A DNA stretch of 64,000 nucleotides from contig QWHN01000001.1 of NCBI GenBank assembly GCA_021404905.1, forward strand, positions 194,162 to 258,161. The letters run 5' to 3'. The stretch comes from Candidatus Saccharibacteria bacterium CPR2 (GTDB lineage: Bacteria; Patescibacteriota; Saccharimonadia; Saccharimonadales; QWHN01). Both the position numbers and the translations under genes were made by a program. The notes under the pieces are model-generated. The model had not been told where the DNA came from. It saw only the letters and a list, made by a program, of their open reading frames with translations, and made no database searches. Below, in pieces: positions 19,698 to 28,947 of this stretch (position 1 is its first letter; every line of letters starts with the position of its first letter).

Positions 19698-19751
19698 TGA
19701 TAATTGCACTAAACCCCAGTAATATAAAAGCGTAATTGTTTCTTTATAAAA

Positions 19752-20180
19752 ATGAAAAATATTATTTCGGTTTTGATAGTTTCCTTCGGGATGTTTTTTG
19801 TGCTGAATTTTGGGTTGGTGGCAAACGCTGGTTCTATCCAGGCTGTGCATCAATATGGAGTATTTAATCCAGACAATTGCCCAAAAGACGGTGCCCAAGT
19901 TCCAGTTGAACAGAATTGTATAATCACCGAAATCCTGGTGCCGATAGTAAGATTTTTATTAGTTGGGGTTGGGGTTGTTGTCACGGTTATGATCGTACTT
20001 GGCGGGATTCAGTACTTAACATCAGAAGGCAATCCTCAACGAATCGCGGCGGCGAAGTCAAAAATAATGAATGCACTCATCGCTCTTTTAATCTGGGCAT
20101 TTATGGGCTTAATCCTAAACTGGCTGATTCCTGGTGGCATACTTAATATTGGTTTGGGTAACGACATTCCTAATCTATGA
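19752..20180 (+). CDS. T4SS pilin (VirB2/TrbC-like), paralog 1
   Basis: It has a signal peptide, a Cys pair (NCPKDG...QNC) and two TM helices joined by GGIQYLTSEGNPQRIAAAKSKI. The stop overlaps the next start (ATGA). Confidence 0.7.
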   Translation: MKNIISVLIVSFGMFFVLNFGLVANAGSIQAVHQYGVFNPDNCPKDGAQVPVEQNCIITEILVPIVRFLLVGVGVVVTVMIVLGGIQYLTSEGNPQRIAAAKSKIMNALIALLIWAFMGLILNWLIPGGILNIGLGNDIPNL

Positions 20181-20779
20181 CTATTCAACCTTTTGTACTA
20201 TTTGCTCAGCAGTGCGCCGATAAATCTATATTTGGCATTCCAACCTGGTATAAATATTTAAACTGTACAAATGGTGTCCCCGACATAGACGCGACCACCC
20301 AGGAGGGGCTTAACTCTGTTTGGCTTATAGGCGCCGCGGTGCTTGAGATGTTAATGGTTGTGGTGGGTATTGCCTCTGTTGCGATGATAATCTACGCCGG
20401 TTTAAAATTTATTATGAGTCAAGGCAACCCAGAACACGTCAAACAAGCTCGTGATACCATTTGGAATGCGATAATTGGGCTTGGAATCGCGTTGATCGCC
20501 TCAAACTCTGTGTCTTACGCTGCCAATCAACTTTATGGAAAGCCTGCGGACCAAAGCACAATAACGGCTGTTATTTTACCTTTTGTGTTTCGTCTGGCCG
20601 GCGCCCTGGCGGTGCTGTACATAGTTATATTCGGCGCCCTCAGATACATTATGTCTGGCGGCAATCCTAACGACACCAAACAGGCAAGGGACGCGATAAT
20701 TTATGGATTAATAGGCATAGCCGTAATAGTCACGGCTTATTTAATAGTTCAATTCGTAGTTGGGAGGCTTACCTCGTGA
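20177..20779 (+). CDS. Tandem-duplicated T4SS pilin carrying two VirB2-like modules in one ORF, paralog 2
   Basis: The pilin motif occurs twice: YAGLKFIMSQGNPEHVKQARDTIWNAIIG and FGALRYIMSGGNPNDTKQARDAIIYGLIG. There are four TM helices and an N-terminal Cys pair. Confidence 0.7.
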   Translation: MTIQPFVLFAQQCADKSIFGIPTWYKYLNCTNGVPDIDATTQEGLNSVWLIGAAVLEMLMVVVGIASVAMIIYAGLKFIMSQGNPEHVKQARDTIWNAIIGLGIALIASNSVSYAANQLYGKPADQSTITAVILPFVFRLAGALAVLYIVIFGALRYIMSGGNPNDTKQARDAIIYGLIGIAVIVTAYLIVQFVVGRLTS

Positions 20780-21180
20780 GAGCTTTTCGTATATTTTTTT
20801 TGATCTTTAGCGCCTTTATAATTTTCGCTATGTTTAATAATGTTTCGCGCGGTGTAGTTTTTGCTCAAGGTCCGGAATTTCAGGAAATTTGCAATAGAGC
20901 CCCAGACCCAAAACCGGATTTTTGTAATAACCCAAACTCTGGAAAAGATCCACTCACAGGCAAGGACGGCATAATTACCAAAGCTACTCAAACAATGGTT
21001 TACCTCGTGGGTGTTCTTTCTGTAATTATGATAATGATTGCTGGCATTAGATTTGTTATGTCAAACGGCGACCCAGCCGGAGTTAAAGGGGCCAGAGACG
21101 CCCTGCTATACGCTGTGATTGGAATAATTATCGGATTTTCGGCACAACTTTTGGTTTGGTTTGTGCTAAGGAGATTATAA
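20776..21180 (+). CDS. T4SS pilin (VirB2/TrbC-like), paralog 3
   Basis: A GTG start overlaps the previous stop, with a GGGAGG RBS. The motif is AGIRFVMSNGDPAGVKGARDALLYAVIG, and the Cys pair is EICNRAPDPKPDFC. Confidence 0.7.
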   Translation: MRAFRIFFLIFSAFIIFAMFNNVSRGVVFAQGPEFQEICNRAPDPKPDFCNNPNSGKDPLTGKDGIITKATQTMVYLVGVLSVIMIMIAGIRFVMSNGDPAGVKGARDALLYAVIGIIIGFSAQLLVWFVLRRL

Positions 21181-21182
21181 AA

Positions 21183-21494
21183 ATGAGAGTACAAGATTTT
21201 TTCGCCGCTTCAAAAGATACAATTTGCAAAGGTATTGGTGTGGGCGGAGGTGATTGCAATAATCCTGGCGGAATTGGCCCTGTTATAAGTAAGGTGACCA
21301 CCGCGATTGCATTTGTCGTGGGGGGTATTTCGATAATAATGATTATTGTCGGTGGAATTCGGTATGTTATGTCTGCTGGCGATCCCAACGGCGCAAAAGG
21401 CGCGAAAGATACCATCATGTATTCGCTAATTGGTTTGGTGATCGCTATTGCTGCCTACGCAATTGCCAACTGGGTTGTCGATATAGTTACTTAA
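21183..21494 (+). CDS. T4SS pilin (VirB2/TrbC-like), paralog 4
   Basis: I chose the ATG at 21183 because it has an AAGGAG RBS. The motif is GGIRYVMSAGDPNGAKGAKDTIMYSLIG, and the Cys pair is ICKGIGVGGGDC. Confidence 0.7.
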   Translation: MRVQDFFAASKDTICKGIGVGGGDCNNPGGIGPVISKVTTAIAFVVGGISIIMIIVGGIRYVMSAGDPNGAKGAKDTIMYSLIGLVIAIAAYAIANWVVDIVT

Positions 21495-21539
21495 CTGTGA
21501 TATATTGAAAATAAATAAACATTAGCATTTAGGAGGCAT

Positions 21540-21959
21540 ATGATAAGCTCAGTAATCAAAAATCGCACGATCCGCAAATCTGTATTTGTGTCACTTTTTG
21601 CGTCTGGCCAAATAGTTTTAAACTCTGCTTCTGTATTCGCGCAAACTGCCAAGGAAATCTGTGAAGGCAGTGGTGGCACATGGGATGGTAGCCAGTGTGT
21701 TAGAGATGGCGACCCGGGTTTGTTTGGCCCGGGCGGTTTATTTGAAAAAATAGCCAACGCGTTGCTATTTATAGTCGGCGCGTTGTCTGTGGTGATGTTG
21801 ATTGTTGGCGGTATACGCTATGTTACCTCGGGGGGCGACTCCAATGCGGTTCAAGGCGCGAAAAACACAATTTTGTACGCGATAGTCGGGATTGTAGTTG
21901 CCTTTCTAGCCTTCGCGGCTGTTAATTGGGTGATAAACGCTCTTGGGGCAACTTCTTAA
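21540..21959 (+). CDS. T4SS pilin (VirB2/TrbC-like), paralog 5
   Basis: It has an AGGAGG RBS and a signal peptide. The Cys pair is EICEGSGGTWDGSQC, and the motif is GGIRYVTSGGDSNAVQGAKNTILYAIVG. Confidence 0.7.
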   Translation: MISSVIKNRTIRKSVFVSLFASGQIVLNSASVFAQTAKEICEGSGGTWDGSQCVRDGDPGLFGPGGLFEKIANALLFIVGALSVVMLIVGGIRYVTSGGDSNAVQGAKNTILYAIVGIVVAFLAFAAVNWVINALGATS

Positions 21960-22018
21960 ATTATGGTATATTCTATATGAGTAAAAATTGTTATAATCCA
22001 CGCTAAGGAGAATAAGAT

Positions 22019-22420
22019 ATGACCATAAAAGATAAACTCAAAGTCCATTCAATAACAGGAGCAACTACCGTTGCTGGTGTTTTAGCTTTAAGCAATGGAG
22101 TAAGCGCGCAATGCGATCCATCAAGCGGTAGTATTGGTCAGGGCGTACAGTGTGCGAAACCAAAAGGCGCAGCTGAAGAATTATTCGGTGATGGAAGTAT
22201 ATTTCAAACAATAACCAACGCGCTGTTATTCTTGGTTGGAGCTATATCTGTGGTAATGCTGATCGTTGGGGGCGTCAGGTACGTAGTCTCTGCTGGTGAT
22301 CAAAATGCGGTTCAAGGCGCGAAAAACACAATTTTGTACGCTATAGTCGGTATTGTGGTTGCCTTTCTAGCCTTCGCGGCTGTTAATTGGATCACAACTT
22401 CTCTGGCAGAAGGATCCTAA
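22019..22420 (+). CDS. T4SS pilin (VirB2/TrbC-like), paralog 6
   Basis: It has an AAGGAG RBS. The Cys pair is QCDPSSGSIGQGVQC, and the motif is GGVRYVVSAGDQNAVQGAKNTILYAIVG. Its 3' end is nearly identical to that of paralog 5. Confidence 0.7.
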   Translation: MTIKDKLKVHSITGATTVAGVLALSNGVSAQCDPSSGSIGQGVQCAKPKGAAEELFGDGSIFQTITNALLFLVGAISVVMLIVGGVRYVVSAGDQNAVQGAKNTILYAIVGIVVAFLAFAAVNWITTSLAEGS

Positions 22421-22561
22421 TAGATAGCAAATAGCAGTTGGGAACTAGCAATTGGCAATTAGAAAATAGGAATTAGTTTTTAAAAATATACTATTTTCTA
22501 TTTCCTAATTGCTGTTTCCTAACATCTATACGCCATACTGCATACTCTATACTCTATACCC
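22421..22561. repeat. Inverted heptamer-array element, copy E2
   Basis: Seven left units (caaatag through gaattag), a centre with the exact 22-mer at 22481-22502, and ten right units (ttttcta through tactcta). It fills the convergent gap between the last pilin gene and argS. Confidence 0.9.
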
Positions 22562-24283
22562 CTACATTTTACTCGGTACCGCTATGCCCAATATGCCCAA
22601 GGCGTGTGAATATATGTATTTAATTAGATACAAAAGACCGATTCTTAAACTTTTGATGTTGGGTTCTGAATCTATAATCGAAACTTCTTCATAGTATCTG
22701 TTACATATTTTCGCGAGGTCATAAATAAAATAAGCAACTTCGTGGGGCTCATAATTTTTCGCAGCGCTTTCAAGAACCAGAGGATACTTTGCTATTTGTT
22801 TGAGCAAGTCTTTTTCAGACTTCCAGCTGTAGTCACTGGCAGCAAAGTCCAATTTCTCCTCTCCTATTTTGCCTAGAATTGAATTTACCCTAACGGCTGC
22901 ATATTGGACATAAGGGCCGGAATACCCGTGCAGGTTAAACATTCTATCCCAGTCAAATAAGATATTGGCATGTTTGTTTTGAGAAAAATCGGTAAATTTC
23001 ACCGCGCCGATTGCTACTTTTTTAATGTCCTCATCCGAAACATGGGTTTTTAGGGCGATTGAGCGAGCCTTTTCTTCCGCCATATCCAGCAATTCTTCAA
23101 GAAGAATCGTGCCTTTTCTAGAGGACATTTTTTCCCTGCCGCCACTTTCGTTTTTTTGCTGGACTAAACCGTACCACACATGAATAAACTCGGTTTCATA
23201 ACCCAATTTTTTTGCTAAAGCAAAAAGCTGTTTAAAATGAAATTGTTGCTCCTGGCCAACGACATAGATTATTTTTTCCGGTTTCCATTTTTCGACTCGA
23301 TAATCTATCGTCGCGATATCGGTAGTGGCATATAGACTGGCTCCATCACTTTTCTGCAGTAAGATTGGAGTTTCAATGCCGGCGTCACTCAAATCAACGA
23401 TTACTGAGCCGTCTTCTTGCTTCTGAGCAATATTTTTTTGAACCAGTTGGCTGGTGATTTCTTTGGCTTTTTCCAGGTAAAAAGATTCTCCTAAATTTTC
23501 ATCCGGCTTTACGCCAAGACGGTCGAAAATCTCTTGAATATGCCTATACGATATGTCCGAGAATTTTTTATGATAACTCAAAGCCGTCTCGTCTCCCGAC
23601 TCCAATTTTTTTACCCACTCTTTAGCGCTGGCAATAAGTTCGTTTTTGTCGTTCAGTTCTTCCTTTTTCGCTTCTTCACGAAACTTCACATATATTCGTC
23701 CAAGTTCATAAACCCCATTTTTTTCTAAAGCTTCTTCGCTTCCCCATTTTTGAAAACCAACCACCCACATGCCAAAAGGCGTGCCTGTGTCGCCCAAATG
23801 GTTATCACCGATTACTTTGTATCCCCAGTTTTTTAAGAGCTGTATTATCGCCCAGCCGATGTTAGTTGAGCGTAAATGCCCAACCGAAAAAGGCTTGGCA
23901 ACATTCGGACTCGCGAAATCAACTACCACGACTTTATCTGTACCTAGTTTTGATTCACCGTATTGGATGTTATTTTGTTTGACTTGAGCAGAGTCATTTT
24001 CTATGCCTTTTGCAAGAGCAGTGGACTTTATCCATACATTAAGGTAGCCGTTGGTAGATTCGGTTTTTTCAATTGCCTCGTTTTTTAATGCGCTGGCTAA
24101 CTTATCGGCAATATCTTTAGGAGATTGATTGAGTTTTTGAGCGAGAGTAAAGCAGGGAATCGCCAGATCAGCTTCGATTTTCGAACCAGGGGCTTCAATA
24201 TGGATGTCATCAACATTAAGGCTAACTAAACCCGCAACGCTACGTTTAACCTCTTCTTGTAATTTGGCTAAATAATACTGCAT
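22562..24283 (-). CDS. argS: Arginine--tRNA ligase
   Basis: 573 aa. It has a class I HIGH-like region (PFSVGHLRSTNIG) and the C-terminal anticodon-binding domain ending in ...PSKM that is typical of ArgRS. Confidence 0.9.
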   Translation of the reverse strand: MQYYLAKLQEEVKRSVAGLVSLNVDDIHIEAPGSKIEADLAIPCFTLAQKLNQSPKDIADKLASALKNEAIEKTESTNGYLNVWIKSTALAKGIENDSAQVKQNNIQYGESKLGTDKVVVVDFASPNVAKPFSVGHLRSTNIGWAIIQLLKNWGYKVIGDNHLGDTGTPFGMWVVGFQKWGSEEALEKNGVYELGRIYVKFREEAKKEELNDKNELIASAKEWVKKLESGDETALSYHKKFSDISYRHIQEIFDRLGVKPDENLGESFYLEKAKEITSQLVQKNIAQKQEDGSVIVDLSDAGIETPILLQKSDGASLYATTDIATIDYRVEKWKPEKIIYVVGQEQQFHFKQLFALAKKLGYETEFIHVWYGLVQQKNESGGREKMSSRKGTILLEELLDMAEEKARSIALKTHVSDEDIKKVAIGAVKFTDFSQNKHANILFDWDRMFNLHGYSGPYVQYAAVRVNSILGKIGEEKLDFAASDYSWKSEKDLLKQIAKYPLVLESAAKNYEPHEVAYFIYDLAKICNRYYEEVSIIDSEPNIKSLRIGLLYLIKYIYSHALGILGIAVPSKM

Positions 24284-24987
24284 TAAGCAATTATTCCTTC
24301 CAGAAAAGCGCCAACGTAGTAGGATATTGCGGCTGCGATACCTCCAAGCAACAGCGTTTCAATCAGTGATTTTATTCTGGATGAGTGAGAAACCACCCCC
24401 TTTATGTAACCAATTCCAGCGAAAGTTACCCCTGCGAGTATGCTTGCGTTTAAAAATAGATCATTTTTTTCGCCATTTACGCTAAAAAAATAATCAAACA
24501 GATATATTACCAAAGGAATCAATCCGACAGCGATGAAAGCCATAAAAGTCATAAACCCAATAACTAATGCTGAACTCTTTTGAGGCGTAAGATCGTGTTC
24601 TTCTTTCATTATAAAATTAGCGGCGTTATCATTGTTGCTAATAATTATTCGGGAAGACTCATTTAAATTCTTGTTTTTTAGTCCATATTTCTTAAGATGC
24701 TTCTCGATGACTTTTAGAGCCTTGTTAGTTTGCTGCTCTACTAATTTTAATGTTGCTCGGCGTTGCTTTTTATATTGATCGGATTCTGATTTTTCTGAAA
24801 GGTAAGAGCTTACGCCCATTGAAAAACCATCGGCGAAAAGGTTTGCCAGCCCAAGTATTATTACTACGGCCGAGCTTAAGCCGGCACCAGCCGCGGCTGC
24901 CACGACGGCAAAAGTCGTTACGGTTCCATCTATGGCACCATAAACAAATTCGGGTAGATACTCATCTACAAATATTTTTTTGCTCAT
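24283..24987 (-). CDS. VIT1/CCC1-family iron/manganese transporter
   Basis: The N-terminal block [21 protein letters not shown] is present, and the protein has five TM helices typical of the VIT family. Confidence 0.75.
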   Translation of the reverse strand: MSKKIFVDEYLPEFVYGAIDGTVTTFAVVAAAAGAGLSSAVVIILGLANLFADGFSMGVSSYLSEKSESDQYKKQRRATLKLVEQQTNKALKVIEKHLKKYGLKNKNLNESSRIIISNNDNAANFIMKEEHDLTPQKSSALVIGFMTFMAFIAVGLIPLVIYLFDYFFSVNGEKNDLFLNASILAGVTFAGIGYIKGVVSHSSRIKSLIETLLLGGIAAAISYYVGAFLEGIIA

Positions 24988-25043
24988 ACATTTCTCTTAC
25001 TGTAGAGATTATATCGGCGACGAACCAGTTAAACAACCTGTGG

Positions 25044-25194
25044 GTGGGAACTGGAAAACAGAAAAACAGGAAACAGCAATTAGGAAATAGAAAATAGTAT
25101 ATTTTTAAAAAACTAATTCCTATTTTCTAATTCCCAACTCCTAGTTCCCATTTGCTGTTTTCCGTAATCTAAACAATAGTAAGGGTGCCACCCT
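25044..25194. repeat. Inverted heptamer-array element, copy E3, with the centre in reverse orientation
   Basis: The exact reverse-complement 22-mer is at 25086-25107. The element ends with agtaagggtgccaccct at 25178-25194, a partial reverse copy of the GGGTGGCACCC module. Confidence 0.85.
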
Positions 25195-25363
25195 GCAATC
25201 GGTCCTGTAAACCTTGTAAGATATCCTTCAGGATTAAATATTTTCGAATAACCTGCTGCCAATTGATTATAAACATGGGCTTTTCATTAAGATTGGACTG
25301 TTCCAAATGTTGCATATTCCCGCAGCGATGTTATTATTAGTTTGAAATTTATAGGGGGAATTT

Positions 25364-26977
25364 ATGCCGAATTTAAAGGTATCCGTAAAATCAGAAAACA
25401 TACTAAATAAATGGTGGGTACTGGCAACATTGGGGTTTGGGTTAATACTGCCTATGCTTGATTTTGCCGTTGTCAGCGTTGCGGCTTCAACTATTCGTGA
25501 AGCATTTCAGGCAAACTTTAATAACTTCCAATGGATAATGGGAGCTTATTTAACGGCTTTTGCTGTGGTTATTTTGGGTTCTGGCGTGCTTGGTGATATT
25601 TATGGCCGAAAAAAAGTGTATGCGCTGGGCCTTTTATTCTTTGTTGCCGGCTCTGCTATATCCGCAGTTTCAGACAACATCAGCATGTTATTAGTTGGAC
25701 GAGTAATTGCTGGCCTAGGCGGTGGATTTATATTCGCGAATACTCTAAGCATCGCCGCAAATGCCTTTAAACCCAAAGACCGCGCGGTAGCCTTGGCTTC
25801 ATGGGCAGGAATATCAGCTTTTGCTTTGGCAATTGGGCCAGTTATAGGTGGTTTGCTGATTGAGAATTTCGGCTGGCAGTGGGCATTCTGGGTCAATGTG
25901 CCTATTGGTGTTTTTGCTTTAGTTTTGTCGCTGGGAATACTAAAAGAAAATAAAAAATCCAAGGAACAACTTGATCTTCTTGGGATAATGCTTGGTTCAC
26001 TGAGCCTAGTTACCCTAATGTATGCTGTAATTCAATCCACAAGCCTTGGCTGGGGCAGTTTTTATGTAGTCGGCAGTTTACTGCTAAGTTTGATACTTGG
26101 TTGGATTTTTGTGGCTAACGAGCGGCGCGCAAAATCACCCCTAATTGATGTTAATCTTTTCAAAGATGAAACATTTAGCGTAGTCAACTTAACAGGGTTA
26201 GTTGCTTCTTTAGCTCTATTCGGCTTGACGTTTTATATAGCATTTTACTTTCAACAGATACTTGGTTACTCGGTACTAAAAACCGGCTTAAGCCTTTTGC
26301 CGCTAACTGCGTTTGTGTTTATGTTAGCACCTGCAGCTAGGACTTTAAGCGGTAAATATGCCGGGCGTTGGGTAGTAGGCCCAGCTTTAGTTACAGGCGC
26401 CATTGGCTGTTTACTACTAAGTGTTTATGTCGGCACATCGACCAGCTATGCTCAGATAGTGGCTCCATTAGCGCTAATTGGGATTAGTTTGGGCGTGGTG
26501 CTTTCTCCTTTAACAGTCATGGCTCTTGGTTCTGTAGCAGACGGTAAAGCTGGTGGTGCATCGGGAATTATTAATACTACGAGAGCTATTGGTGCAGCTA
26601 TTGGCGTTGGACTTTTGGGTACATTGCTTGCTTATGGTGCTAGCAACAATATTCCTGCTCAACTCAAGAACTCTGGTAGCCTCCCAGAGGGGGCAGACCA
26701 GGCTGTAAAACAAATCGTTGGTACTAACATCGTTCAATTTAACGAAACAATTACATCTTTGCCTAAACAATATTCAGAACCAATATACAAGGCTATAGAC
26801 AACGCAACTGCCTATGGGCTGGAGAGAGTACTTTATGTAACAGCAGCTTTGTTACTGATCTCCGCTGTACTAACGGTTATTTTTGTTAAGGATGAAGACA
26901 AGTTTGAACTTAAACAATTGGTCAAGAAAATCAAATCGTCTTTGAGTCTCTCGAAAGATTTCAACTACAAAGCATAG
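25364..26977 (+). CDS. MFS transporter, DHA2 (EmrB/QacA-like, 14-TM) family
   Basis: 537 aa with about 14 TM helices. It carries MFS motif A-like GDIYGRKKV and motif C-like GPVIGGLL. Confidence 0.8.
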   Translation: MPNLKVSVKSENILNKWWVLATLGFGLILPMLDFAVVSVAASTIREAFQANFNNFQWIMGAYLTAFAVVILGSGVLGDIYGRKKVYALGLLFFVAGSAISAVSDNISMLLVGRVIAGLGGGFIFANTLSIAANAFKPKDRAVALASWAGISAFALAIGPVIGGLLIENFGWQWAFWVNVPIGVFALVLSLGILKENKKSKEQLDLLGIMLGSLSLVTLMYAVIQSTSLGWGSFYVVGSLLLSLILGWIFVANERRAKSPLIDVNLFKDETFSVVNLTGLVASLALFGLTFYIAFYFQQILGYSVLKTGLSLLPLTAFVFMLAPAARTLSGKYAGRWVVGPALVTGAIGCLLLSVYVGTSTSYAQIVAPLALIGISLGVVLSPLTVMALGSVADGKAGGASGIINTTRAIGAAIGVGLLGTLLAYGASNNIPAQLKNSGSLPEGADQAVKQIVGTNIVQFNETITSLPKQYSEPIYKAIDNATAYGLERVLYVTAALLLISAVLTVIFVKDEDKFELKQLVKKIKSSLSLSKDFNYKA

Positions 26978-26989
26978 TTAATTTTCCAG

Positions 26990-28399
26990 TTAAGAACTAG
27001 GCTGTAGATCACCAATCATATACATAGAGCCGGTCATCACAATAATTTGCTCTTTGTCATTATTTTCATCAATGGTTTGCATTAACGCGTCACGGGGATT
27101 GTTAAAGAATTTACCTATTTTATTTCTAAATTTACTCTCGTTGATAACAGCAACCATTTTTTTACTCTTTGAAGACAAGCTGCGTAAGTGACTCGTCTTT
27201 GTGTCTTTGAAAAACGAACATAAATTTACTTTTTGCGCATACGGCAAGATAATGTCTAGCATTTCCCCCGTGTCCTTATCTGCCTTCGCGCCGAATATAA
27301 AAATGGGTTTTTTGGCTAGATTTAATTCGTTCAGGCTGTCGATTAAAATTCTTATCTCCTGGGGATTATGTGCCCCATCTAGGATTATGGTTTTATTACC
27401 TATATTCCTTACCTCCATTCGAGCTGGAATATACGTTGTCGCAAACGCGTCTTTTACTTTATTTTTGTCTATATCAAACCCATCTCTACTGGCCAATGTT
27501 TCAAGCGCTTGAATCGCCATTGTGGCGTTCTCCACCTGGTATTTAGCAATTGTGGGAATGAAAATATCTTTTATATCTACTTTGCCGGAATAATCAAATA
27601 GAATACCCTTCCAACTGACGCGGATATTATTTGCAAAATTATCTATGTTTACTTCATGAGCGTTAGCGTTTTTGGTTGCCGCGACATCAATGATCACTTT
27701 CCTTGCTTCCTGGCTTGAATTAAGAAAAAACCCGTTGCCTCTATTGGTTAAAATTTGAGCTTTTTGACGCGTAATATCGGCGATGGTTTTCCCAAGGATG
27801 TTTGTGTGATCCAGGCCAATTCTGGTTATGACGGATAATTTATCGTTACGATTGATGGTGTTTGTTGCGTCGTATTGTCCGCCTATGCCGGTTTCAACGA
27901 CAGCGTAATCTACATTTTCATTCTTAAAAATGAGAAACGCCATGGCGGTACACACTTCAAAGTAAGTAGGCCGCCCGTAAAAAGAGCTACCCATTTTATT
28001 AATCTTTGGAATTAGACTGTTGACACACTCTATAAACTGCAATTTGGGCATCCACTTGAGATTTATCATCGCGCGCTCGCGGATATCGTAAATATGCGGA
28101 GAGACGTGAGTCCCCACCTTGAAGCCGTGTTTTTGAAGTAGACTTGATAAATAATAAGCTGTCGAGCCTTTTCCGGATGTACCGGCTATGTGGATGCTTT
28201 TATAATTTTCCTGCGGATTGCCCAGTAGCTCGTAAAATGTCTTTGCTCTCTTCAAGCCAACATCTTTGCTGTATAAAACTTTTGGGCTGGAGGGCAAAGA
28301 TTCCTGTAGAAAATCTCGAGCATCAGCAAAATTAGCAACGGTAGTATGTTCTCTTATGTTCTGCCTGAAATTTTTTGTCTCAGTGCCTGCTCTGTTCAT
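26990..28399 (-). CDS. folC: Folylpolyglutamate synthase/dihydrofolate synthase (Mur ligase family)
   Basis: The P-loop is HIAGTSGKGST, and the overall layout is FolC-like. It is divergent from the MTHFS gene. Confidence 0.8.
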   Translation of the reverse strand: MNRAGTETKNFRQNIREHTTVANFADARDFLQESLPSSPKVLYSKDVGLKRAKTFYELLGNPQENYKSIHIAGTSGKGSTAYYLSSLLQKHGFKVGTHVSPHIYDIRERAMINLKWMPKLQFIECVNSLIPKINKMGSSFYGRPTYFEVCTAMAFLIFKNENVDYAVVETGIGGQYDATNTINRNDKLSVITRIGLDHTNILGKTIADITRQKAQILTNRGNGFFLNSSQEARKVIIDVAATKNANAHEVNIDNFANNIRVSWKGILFDYSGKVDIKDIFIPTIAKYQVENATMAIQALETLASRDGFDIDKNKVKDAFATTYIPARMEVRNIGNKTIILDGAHNPQEIRILIDSLNELNLAKKPIFIFGAKADKDTGEMLDIILPYAQKVNLCSFFKDTKTSHLRSLSSKSKKMVAVINESKFRNKIGKFFNNPRDALMQTIDENNDKEQIIVMTGSMYMIGDLQPSS

Positions 28400-28431
28400 A
28401 ACAGCAAAGACTATACTCTATAATCTAAGAT

Positions 28432-28947
28432 ATGGTAAGCAAAATTTCTTTGCGTAAAAAAGTGATGAAGCGTAGAAAAAATATGAACGCGGCTGATTTT
28501 AATAAGGCTTCAAAACTAATTTGCGATCATTTAATAAATTTTGCGGATTGGCAGAATATAAATTCGGTTTTAGTTTATTTACCCATAGCTGGCAACCGCG
28601 AGGTTGATATTTCTCCTTTTATAAATTATTTGCTTAAACTGCCCAGCAATTTGCAAATTTTTGTTCCTGACTTTGACAGAAAAAACCCGGTACACTTCAA
28701 ATTTAGGTCATTAAAAGATGACGATTTTGTAAACTATGCTGATTTTGAAATTGTTATTGTGCCTGCGCTTGCCGTAGACAAAAATAAATACCGCCTAGGT
28801 TACGGAGGCGGTTATTACGATAGGCTTTTGCATAAATACCCAAGAGCTAGAACAATTACGCCAATTTTTTCTCAAGATGTTTTTGAATCCATTCCCCACG
28901 AAACACACGATGAAATAGTGGATGCAGTTATCACAGAAGTAAGTTAG
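28432..28947 (+). CDS. 5-formyltetrahydrofolate cyclo-ligase
   Basis: The N-terminus has LRKKV..RR, and the C-terminal signature is VPALAVDKNKYRLGYGGGYYDRLL. Confidence 0.85.
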   Translation: MVSKISLRKKVMKRRKNMNAADFNKASKLICDHLINFADWQNINSVLVYLPIAGNREVDISPFINYLLKLPSNLQIFVPDFDRKNPVHFKFRSLKDDDFVNYADFEIVIVPALAVDKNKYRLGYGGGYYDRLLHKYPRARTITPIFSQDVFESIPHETHDEIVDAVITEVS

